Source of the DNA: Malacoraja senta
Taxonomy: Eukaryota
Direction: 5' to 3'
DNA: 64,000 nt
NCBI GenBank assembly: GCA_038087875.1
Contig: CM075999.1
Location: 1,924,001-1,988,000, forward strand
The notes under the pieces were generated by a model. It made no database searches. It had not been told where the DNA came from and saw only the letters and a program-made list of their open reading frames with translations. A program made the position numbers and the translations under genes. Shown in pieces: positions 1 through 10,981 of the stretch. Position 1 is the stretch's first letter. Every line of letters begins with the position of its first letter.

Positions 1-171
1 ACATCATGTTTCGGGTCAGGACTGAAGAAGGGTTCCGACCCGAAATGTCACTTATCCATGTTCCCCAAAGAAGCTACCTGATCCGCTGAGTTACTCCAGC
101 ATTTTGTGTACTTTTTTTTGTCGAAATATACTATGTAGATTGTGAAAAACTTGGCACAGAAATTGTCTTAC

Positions 172-262
172 CACGTAACTCCAAGAGCAGCTTCCTGTAC
201 AGCCCCCACCTAGGATGTTGGTGTCATGACAACAGGTCAGGGCCAGTCTCAACCACGCTTCC
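172..262 (-). CDS. hnrnpr: Candidate alternative downstream hnrnpr exon encoding an hnRNP Q1-like tail (GSVVETGPDLLS*, coding 224..262)
   Basis: Acceptor ...cctgactatcag|GGA AGC GTG GTT GAG ACT GGC CCT GAC CTG TTG TCA TGA; donor GTG|GTAAGA at 172/171; resembles the SYNCRIP Q1 tail GKGVEAGPDLLQ*. Confidence 0.7.
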
Positions 263-3049
263 CTGATAGTCAGGTGACAAAAGGATATTTGTTAACACTT
301 AAGAGACTAGAATGGAAATACAATTTGTGGCTATTTACCAGAGTATTTAGTAACAGCAATACAAAGAAATTTCTTATTGCCTACACCCATTTGTTTACCT
401 TGCAACCACAACGCTCCAACTTAAAATATTTTTCGGGGTTTTTTTTTTAAAGCTAAAAGGAAAAATAAATGGTTAGAGCTGATCCGTAGCCAATGACAAA
501 GTGCTAGCGTCACACTGGGCAGATCACCGCATGAATATTGCCTTTATTTAAATTAGCCGAAGTAGATTGGCACTAGAATTTTTTTTTGGATAATTTTCAA
601 GTATTTTTTAAAAAAATCAAGAAGAAAACTGCCAGTCATGCCATTTTGTTCCAATCGATGAATGTTGTACAGAAATTATACTGTAGTAGCCAACCTGGAA
701 ATAGGGATGTCACAAACATGACTCTCATAGATTCTTTGTTTTCGAGCACAATTTAACATAAAATGAATGGAATTAATTCTGCACACCAGGTTATACAATG
801 AGGAATTGTTTTCAGTAAATCAGCATTCAACGCTTACCCCAGATAAGTAAATTTTAAGCGAATGACAGTAAAATATCAATCTATTGTTACCATCACAAAC
901 GACTTTTGTTTGTTCTACCATATCTGCTTGTGAATGCGACCTGGACCATTATAACATCGTGCGCTTGGCAAGAGATTTTTTATTTGAATTAGCCAGTTTA
1001 CAAAAGGTATGCCATCCCTATTTGGCCATTTTAATATTGCCAGTATATTTTCAGTAATACAGCGTTTGAGACTGACAGATTCAGAAATGGCACTAACTAG
1101 AGATCAAAAAGATCACCAAGCTTTTGCAGTTAAGATTTAAATTCTCTTTGCATGCTGTTATTCTCAAAAGTACATACTTCAGTTGATCAAAATCAAGTAG
1201 CATTTGATAAACTTAGCTCATGATGTTTCAGATCTGAAAACAAAGAGGATTGAAGGTATCGAATTTTAGAAGCCTTGACATGTTTAATTTAAACAATATT
1301 GTTTTTGTACCAAACATTAACACGCCTAATGAAACCGATGGGAGGTTTCTTCCAATTGCATATATTCTTAAAAATTAATTCAAGGATAGCCTTCATCCCT
1401 ATTACCAACAAGCTAAATAAATATGCAAAACTGCTGTAAGTGAGTGATCAAAAAAGATAGCTAATTGTTCTAAATCTGCTGCTGTAGATATAACGCAGCA
1501 ATAGTTTAAATACCATTTGGGTTACCGGAAATCAATGTTTTTTACCCATTCTTCATTATGCACAAACATTTTGGGAATAATTAGATTTCACTCTGTACAA
1601 GGTAAGTCCACTGCACAATGAATGTTATTCAGTTTTATTGGAAGTCAACTAATTCTTCACCCTGATAGGTCAAATGTTATTCCACCAATGGAGGACATAT
1701 GGAGGTCCACACCAATTTTCAAAGCAGCAGAACCAATGAAGGTTGGTAGTTACACGTGGAGTGCAACCCAATATTTAAGCAGCTTTCTTAAATCACTAAG
1801 AGACGTCTGTGGAAGGATACACACACTTCAATAAATAGACAGAAAAAGGAATAGGCCATCACACCTCAAACCCGGTTCACTATTGAATATATTTCAGCCA
1901 TTCGTGCAAAACATTCACTTTACATTCGTTACAACATGAGAAAACATTTTACTAAAACTCCATTTTAACTTGCAATTATTACTATTTTTCCAACTGGTGT
2001 AAAACAACAATGACACTGGCTTCTTGATACATCTTCCAATCTTGGCATCAAAAGGCCAAATACAACCAATAATGAAATAGAAAACCTGCCACACCATTCA
2101 AACAACAAGTCATCCAGCGCAGTCATCAACAGCCAAGACACTATAAATGTCAGAGCAATAAATTGAACAGAATATATAGCAATGCTGCATCTACACAACA
2201 CTAATGCAATGTCAAGTCTACCAGAGACTAATGCAGAGAAAATCTCAGGAGAATGCTCATTTGTGCAATTTCAGACCACTGTAGTACGAAGCATTGCTAT
2301 CCAAATAAATCTCCAGTTATTTCCAAAAAGTTTACTGCATCATTTGTATCTTTAAATGTCCGAATTTCCAAATTTTGAATATAGTTACAATTAAATATTT
2401 TCTAAGAATTGGATTATTTTTAATTTTTTACCACACTACTTAATATCACAGGTCCACAGAAATGGGCATGGCACTCTTACTTCTGATGCCAAAATAATTT
2501 ACAATAAATGTTTAAGAGCCACTCTTGCTCATTCTGAGGTTTTGCATAATTTCGGTTCCATCTGGTCCAATTTCTTTGATACTTTGTTTATTTCTTTACA
2601 GTTTTGGGAAAAACTTTTCCCTTTTAATTAAAAACAATGTAGCGGTGAACTTTCAGGCAGGGTTTCATTAGTTCAGAAACTTTTCTTATTAATTGCAGGG
2701 CATGAGTTTGAACAATCAAAAGCTGAAATAGTCCACTCAGCCCCTGGAACCTGCTCTGATAATTAGATAAGCCAATGTCTTAACTGCACCCTCAACACCA
2801 CATCATCATCGACCTGTGGTAGCTTCTCACCACCCCCGCTTGTTAAGAATCGCTGCCTTAAAAACATTTGTTGCCACCATTCTGAGCAAGAGTTGCAGAC
2901 AACCCAGACAAAAAAAATCTTCTCTTCAGTGGGTAACCCTTTTTTTTAAAAAACTTAACCAACAAGAGGAAACATCCTCTCCACATCCAGCCTGTCAAGA
3001 AATCTCACAATTTTCCATTTCAATCAAATCTGCTCCATCTCTTTAAACT

Positions 3050-3965
3050 CCAGCAAAGCTGCATACTCTCCCCTCTCCTTTACTCTCTCTACACCAATGA
3101 CTGCACCTCCACAGACTCCTCTGTCAAGCTTCTCAAGTTTGCGGACGACATAACCCTGATTGGACTGATCCAGGATGGGGAGGAATCTGCCTAGACAGGA
3201 AATGACGCAGCTGGCGTCCTGGTGCCATCGCAACAACCTGGAGCTCAATGCTCTTAAGACAGTGGAATTCATGTAGACTTTAGAAGAGCTCCCCCTTTCC
3301 TCCCCCAACTCACCATTAACAACATCACCGTCACATCTGTGGAGTCATTTAAGTTCCTTGGAACCATCATCTCCAGGGACCTTAAATGGAAGGCCACCAT
3401 CGACTCCAGTCAAAAAGGCCTGGATCTACTTCCTGCGGCAGCTGAGAAAACACAATCTGCCACAGGCAATGATGGTCCAGTCATATACTGCCATCATAGA
3501 ATCTGGCCTCACCGTCTCCATCATGGTCTGGTTTGGCTCAGCCACCAAGCATGACATCCGGAGAATGCAGCGCATCGTTCGATCAGCCGAGAAGGTTGTT
3601 GGCTGCAACCTCCCCCCCATCGATAAACTCTACACTGCCAGGGCCAGGAAGGGAGCGGGTAAGATCATCTCTGACCCCTCTCACCTGGCCACAAACTCTT
3701 TGAAGCACTTCCCTCTGCAAGGACCGCCAAAGCCACCACAGCCAGACATAAAAACAGCATTTTTTCATGAGCAGTAGCTCTACTCAACAACCAAAAGTCT
3801 AGCCTCCTTTTGCTCTGATATTTTATTTAATTCTTAACATGTTTAAATTCTGTTTTATTCTTAATTGTTTACTGTATATCGTGTCGTTACTTGCGAGCAA
3901 AGCACCAAGGCAAATTCCTTATATGTATACATACTTGGATAATAAAATTTATTCAATTCAATTCA
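3050..3965 (+). mobile_element. Rex1/Babar-type LINE 3' fragment
   Basis: FADD remnant, FKFLGTII, YFLRQLRKHNLP...SIMVWFG; (ATTCA)n tail. Confidence 0.88.
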
Positions 3966-4699
3966 TACAAACAAGCCCAGTTTGAACAATCTTCTCTCAC
4001 AAGATAGCCTACTCTTTCTAGGTATTACTTAGTAAATCTTCTCTGAATTAGTTTGTTTAGAGATACAGTGCGGATACAGGCCCTTCGGACCGAGTCAAGG
4101 CCAACCAGCGATCCGCATACACCAACACTGTCCTACACACTATGAACAATTTCCAATTTTTACTGAATCCAATGGTATGTCTTTGGAGTGTAGGAAGAAA
4201 CCGGAGCTGCCCGACAAAACTCTATACAGACAACACTGTAGTCAGGAACGAACCAGAGTATCTGCTGCGCCACCATGCCGCCCTAAATTGTTCCCAATAC
4301 ATAGGCATCCTTTTCTCAAATAAGGATATCAGTCCTTCTGATATTGTCTTACCAATGCCCTTGCCAATTGTTAATTTTCTCAATTACTTGCTGTGCCTGC
4401 AAACTAGCCGTTTGAGAATCATGCACCACATGACACTCCTTCTGAATTTCAGAGCTCGGCAATCTCTCATCATTTACAAGCTTTATTTCCCCCAACCACC
4501 AATTTCACATTCCCCATTTTCAGCCAGTCAACCCATGTCACTTTCCAACATCCATGTGTGCCATTCACAACTTTCCTATCCATATTTTGTACAATCGCTT
4601 TGCGAATTTCACCCAGCTGCAACACCATACACGCCAGCAGTTTAAACAAAAAATGGCAACTTAACCTTACTCTACCATATCCTTACCAAATCATGAAAG

Positions 4700-4997
4700 T
4701 TGTTTAGTTTAGTTTATAGAGATACAGCTCCAAACAGGCCCTTCAGCCCATAGTCCGTGCCAATCAGTGATCATCCTGTACACTGGCACTATCCTACACA
4801 TTAGGGACAATTTACAATCTTTACCGAAGGCAATTAACCTACAAACCTGTACATCTTTGGAGTGTGGGAGAGAAACCCCATTTGGTCACGGGCAGAACGT
4901 ACAAACTCTGTACAGACACCACCCATAGTCAGGATCAAACCCGGGTCTCTGACGCTGTAAGGCAGCGACTCTACCGCTGCTCCACCGTGCCGCCCTT
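4700..4997 (-). mobile_element. tRNA-derived V-SINE/HE1-type SINE (representative copy)
   Basis: Head GGCGGCACGGTGGAGCAGCGGTAGAG...GGTTTGATCC (A/B boxes), GAGTTTGTACGTTCT core, (CTAAA)n tail; other copies at about 4050..4285, 29611..29865, 42471..42554 plus 48236..48460, 62905..63180. Confidence 0.88.
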
Positions 4998-7900
4998 AAG
5001 TTAACTTTTAACGAGCCAACTAACTATCAAAGATAAAAGAGTCCTGAAATACCATTGTTCAATTAGAATCATTGCAAAGAATATTAGAAACCAAACTCTT
5101 CCATTATCCAAGTAACTAAATAACTGAACAGACACTCGTTTCCTCCAACATACCAAAGACAGGTTAAAGGTTAATTGGCCACTAGGGTCTCTGGTGTATG
5201 TAGAGGCAAGCGATAGAATTTGGGGGACTTAAGAATGTGGAGATAATTATAAAATTGGGATTCATAGTTGTAAACGAGTTATTAATGGTCACAGTGGGTT
5301 GAAGGACCTGCTTTCATGCACCTTTCTGACTCTCAGACAAACTTGCACTTTATTTACTATCCAGTAAACAGTCCTGTCAGAAATAATTTTGGAAGCACTC
5401 TTTTTTTTTTTTTTAAAGTGAATACGTTCAAATGTTTAATGCTTAGTTAAAAATGTCAACATGGAAGCCAAAATATTTACTAGGGTATTGGAGAATGGTT
5501 AATGAAAACTGGATATGAATCAATTGATCAATAAATCTACAAATTCAGTAAGACGCATTTAATAATTACTTTTCCACCTATTAATTCTACTGATAACTTA
5601 AGTATTCTGACAATTTTTGCTGCTTTGTCATTTGATAACTGTAAATGTATACTGGCAACAAATTAGTTTGGATGTAATGATCTTCAATCTTCAATTCACA
5701 GGAATTTTGTTTGCATGAATTACTGTGCAAAACATCTGTGATGTCACTGGGTTCAGGTCACATAACAATGAAGTGAATTGATGGCACCATCAGTGAACTC
5801 ATCCTGTACTGCACGGTAGCAAGCAGGAGAATTATTCTCCAAATAGATGTGTAATAGTATTGTTCTTTTTATTCAAATCCAGAGATTATGGCTCTGCCAA
5901 AGCATATTACATCACATTCACCACAAATTTGAGTGGAAAATTAAAAAAAACAATGTTGTAGACAAAAATACCAACTTTAGTAGTTTGCTTTCGCTGAAAA
6001 ACAACAAAAAGTACTTGTCCTTCAATATTGTGTGTATTCAAAGCAACTAAGCAGAAATTATTCCAGAAACGGAACAAATGTTAATGTATTTTACAGAAAT
6101 ATCTTGCACTAAGTGCTTCACTAAGTGGGAGTTTGTTGAACTCAGCTCAGTCACCTTTCGGATATTTACAAAGCAGTATTTTAGTTTTACATTAAACCAT
6201 GATGAAACACAGAAGACTAACGTAAACATTCTTAAGGAGAATCAATATTAAAAACTCTTCTAAAGCTACTTTGAAGACACAGTAGAGAAAATGCAAGTTC
6301 CAAACTTCAGGACAAGTAGCTTTTTGTTTATTCTAAAAATATTTTTAGCAAATTTAATTCACACTTGTTCTTAAATTGAATCAACTTCAGCTTTGCCCTA
6401 TATTACAACCTTAAGCACTCTTCCCCTGCTACCTTATTCCTTCTTTAGTTAAAGTTCCATTCAACATTCTATTTTAATTTCCACTACGATCTTCTCACAC
6501 TTGATATTCAAAAGTTAATTAATTAATTTTTGTGCTTTAGAGGCTATAGCGAGTTGTATTTGCATCTCTGCAGACTTACCCAATATCTTGAAACTCAATT
6601 GTAGATGCCAAATATAATATTAATATGGCAACTATGCCTCCAATATTCTTGAGAAGGTGTGACTACACAAAGCTAGATTAACTTAGCACAAAGCACAAGC
6701 AAATAGAATTTCTGATTTATACCGAAATTCAGATTAACCTTATAACCTTTTTTCAATTCAAGCATGGCAAAGCTGAAAAGCTATCAGGAATATGTAATCT
6801 ACTTTTCTGAACCACAAAGAACATATTGAAGTGATCATTAGCATACGTTGATAACAACTCCATAAGATGTTTAAAATAGTCTGACCCCAACTTTCAAGTT
6901 ACAATCTAACTATAAACCAAAAACATCCAGTCAAATCAATACAATCCAAAGATAGATTTGAAGGAAGTGTTAAATAACATGGTGCTTTCTACATGGAACT
7001 CCAACAGTAGCAAAGCTGGAAGGAGTCCAGCAACAGGGACATAATCATCCAAAAACATACCTGATAAACCTCAATCTAATGAATTCTTCTTCAACATTCA
7101 CTGTTACCAAGAGTAGCTATAATTCTACTGATTCAATGTCATTGCAAATATTATAGTATTTTTTTTTTAATTAAAAAAGTTTATTAACACTAATACATTG
7201 TAATCATGGGGTTTTTTTGCTGACTGGATAGCACGCAACAAAAAGCTTTGCACTGAACCTCGGTACACGTGGCAATAATCAACTAAACATGCTGTCACAT
7301 ACAGAGATCAGCATGTCCAATGTTGAGGGATATACTACATTCGTTAACTTCTACCTGCAGCAAATAGAATAACATATTAGAGTAGGGCGAACAGCTTCTT
7401 GGGCTCAACTATTTTTCCGTGTGATACCCAATTTCCTTTGATTCCCCCAATGGCCCAAAATCTCTCTTGGCTTTCAACATACGTAATAACAGACTCCTTG
7501 GAGATTTCTGGTGTTTTACAAACTTAAGAAAATTACTCCTGACCTAAATCCTGAATGAGCAACTTTACAAAAGACACCCAGTTCTAGATTCACCACTCGT
7601 GTTAGTCGCCCATCAAGTCCCATTGGAACTTTGTACTTCAATTAGATTGTCCTTTTTCTAAATCCCATAAAGGTGTAGGGCCAGTCTATTCAACCTTTCT
7701 TTCATCATTCTTCTCTGCCTTCTGAAATTAAAGAAAAACTGACCAGGTGCGATTTTGCCAAAGCTCTGTAAAGTCCCAACCAGCCTTCCCAATTTTTGAC
7801 TTGATCTCAACAATCTATTTTTCCAGCACCTGCAGTTCCTTGTTTCTAAAATCTGCTTTCCTAATTACTTGCAAATGGATACTAATCTTTTGTTTGTCAA

Positions 7901-9727
7901 ATTGGCATCCAACAAAATACATTTATGTTTGTCTAAAATTATCTTTGCACACCCGCCATCATGAAATACTCAAAACACTCAAATCAACAATAGGTGTGGC
8001 GACTCATGTCAAATACCTGGCATAGGTGTGCTCTGATACAACAGGCTCTCTTCGTTATAAACCTCATATTCAGATAGACTTCACAATTAACATTATTTCT
8101 CCAATCAAAAATAAGTCACTGGGTTCATTTAATTAAACAGATATCTTTAGCAAACAGGAAGCCCCAAGACATTTACCATTAAATGGCAATGGTTAATACC
8201 ACAAAGCTTCCCTTTTGTAAAAGATGTCCTTTTACCTTATTTGACCCATTACATAAAATTTTGATCCACAGGCATGATTATGCACAATAAACTCAATTTG
8301 TTTATAAACAGTGCATTTAAGGAAATGTTCTCAACTACTCACGGGGCAAATTTCTTAAAAAACGTTTTCACAACAATTCGACAGCAGCTCAACATAGAAT
8401 AGCGCCAGGAACAGACCCTTCGGACCACAATACCCATGCCAAAACATCTACCTGGGTACATTTTCCAAGCGTTTTAATTACAACAATTCGAAGTATCTCA
8501 TCCTTCACATTCTACTTTCCAACATAAAACACTCCGTTTACAGAGCAAACACAATTGAGACTTGTTCCAAAAAACCCGACAGGCAAAGAGCCTTACTGTC
8601 TGTCACTGGATGTATGTACGCAACACAAATTCTCTTCCCCATTTTGTATGAGATAATTTTCTATTTCTCACTTAAACTTAGCACTGACAAAGGCTGCGAC
8701 ATTGTACATTGGAATCTTGAGAATTACCCAAATAAATGTGGGTTATTTGTCGAATTGTAGCATTATATTTGAAAGAGCTGGACTTTCAAAGATTTATGAA
8801 ATTTATTTTAATTTACAAGCTGTGAGACACAGAAATTCACACACCAAATTGTATAATTCAGTTGAAATAATTATGTACAGTCACTTTCAAACCACTGATT
8901 TCTCCTGACAGTTTCTAACTACACCTCATCTACCACACCCAAGACAAGATTTTTCCTGAAGGGATCAAACAATGGATGGTCCTATGAGTGGCTAGCTGGC
9001 AAGTCATTTAATAGAAACACGACAAGAAGTTCTGATCCAGTCCTCAATTATGCATGTAGATATGCTTAAGGTCCTTACGGTATAGCCAACAGTGGGCTCC
9101 CTGACCCCTCACTCCAACCCACGGGGGTCAAGGCCCATTGTTGCTCCTCTATTGTTTCCTGGCTACACTCAGCCAACAGTGAAAAGTGGTGAAATCTATG
9201 ACTTGAAGTTGAAAACAAGGCAGTGATTGTTTCAATTTCACACAAATTAAGCTCTTCCAATGTAAATGAGCACAATAACTCAAACAATAATCCCTGCTGG
9301 TAGCAGCTCTTAACAAGAAAAAATGTATTTACTTTTTTGTAAAATGGGTACGAGGATGGCAAGATAACCATCTAACGTCAAGTGTTTTGATTACATTTTA
9401 AATCCTGTAAACTGGAAAGAATACAAAGGCGTCACTGCAATTGGGTATTCGAAAGTATCACACGTTAAATAGCGTTGAAAACGATTGAACGGACATTCAA
9501 AACTGCACAACTACTGAAAAGACTTCATCTTTTACAAAATCTACTTTAAATTCTTTGTCTTGTGGAAAAACAAGGCTAGACCAAAGGCAAACTTAAATTT
9601 GATCACTCACATAAGCAGTTTTTTGGGGGAAGCTGTTGGTTTGAAGGTAATCACATTTCTAATCAATCAAATTTTCAGGACACAATTGAATTTGAATCAT
9701 GAATTTTTGGATAATATAGTTTTAAGT

Positions 9728-9733
9728 TTTATT
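9728..9733 (-). promoter_or_regulatory. Proximal polyadenylation signal of hnrnpr
   Basis: AATAAA on the minus strand about 640 nt after the stop codon. Confidence 0.55.
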
Positions 9734-10371
9734 GAAATTTGACATGAACAATAAATTGTAAATACAATCACATCAATGAACAAAACGCCACGGGTTGTAC
9801 GATTAAGCCAAACCAAATTTTGTAGGGCAGATTCTTAAAGGTGTGAAGCCAACAATTTTTAAAAAACACAATTTACCTACTCTACAAATGCAAAACACAG
9901 TTAAATGTTACTTTCAGTACAAGAAAACTTAAAAATGGTTAAACTGCAAGCTCATCTTAAAACTACTAAGACAAAACACTAGCATTTACTGTATATACAG
10001 CATACTCCAATGGCAGTCTAATCCCAAAACTACAAACTAGTGAAACTGTTCAATATCAGTCAATTCTCCAAAACCATGATTGAAAATTGTGCCCAACATC
10101 TGAAAGCAAAGTCCAAAGGTTCCTTTCAAACTGCTAAAAAGTAGCTTAAAAACAAAATAAAAAGCATCTTTCCCCTAAATTGGTTAAGGGAAAATAAGCC
10201 AGAAATGTCCAAGTGCATTTATGGAGAAAAAAAAATCTGGTATATACAATAGTGATTCTTGATGTCAGCAAAATGCAAGTGGCAGCCAATCTGTACTGAA
10301 GGATGTAGAGTTATGCCAATCAGATTTGAAGGTTGCAGAGTTTAGCCAATTTCACCGAAACCCCCATTTCT

Positions 10372-10981
10372 TTACTTCCATTGCTGCCCATAAGTATCCT
10401 GATAAAACTCCTGGTTGTCATTATTGTAACCATAGTTACCAGAATAATCACCACCTTGCTGAAGAGGCTGCTGAGCGATGGGTTGCGAGCCCCAATTCTG
10501 TTGGTTGGTCTGGCGTCGTTTGGAATCTGGCTGGTTATACCCATCGGCCTTTCGCTTTCCTCCTACGTTGCCGCCACGGTTGCCTCTACCACCACGGGCA
10601 CCACGTCCTCTTTGTGGTGGCTGTGGCCCCCCTCTGCCACTCCTGGCACCTCTTGGAGGTCCCATTAGCGCTCCACGTTGAGGGTATCCTGCCCTTCCTC
10701 TGGGTGGGGGTACACCGCGACCTCTGGGAGGTGGGATTGCACTTCTACCACCCCTTCCACCTCTTCCTCTCTGGACTGGATATGCATCATCGTAACCATA
10801 ATATGGATCTTCATATCCACCACGATAATCATGATAATCATAGCCATAGTAATCATCATAGTAATCTTCATAGCCATAATAATCTGGGGGATAGCCATAA
10901 CTACCTCCTCTACTTCCACGGACTCTGCCCCTAATCGGAGGTGGCATACGAGGTGGGGGGTAGTAGTAGTAGTCTTCATAC
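10372..10981 (-). CDS. hnrnpr: hnrnpr exon 11, coding part (RGG and Q/N-rich tail)
   Basis: [15 protein letters not shown]...[17 protein letters not shown]...YGQQWK stop; acceptor ttttatag. Confidence 0.95.

Noticed and set aside
4925..4997. tRNA gene
   Set aside because: The tRNA-like head continues into a SINE body and tail; multiple decayed copies are present.
9079..9190. H/ACA snoRNA or scaRNA call for the double hairpin
   Set aside because: First hairpin too short, no ACA box and no clear pseudouridylation pockets; kept only as a structured element.
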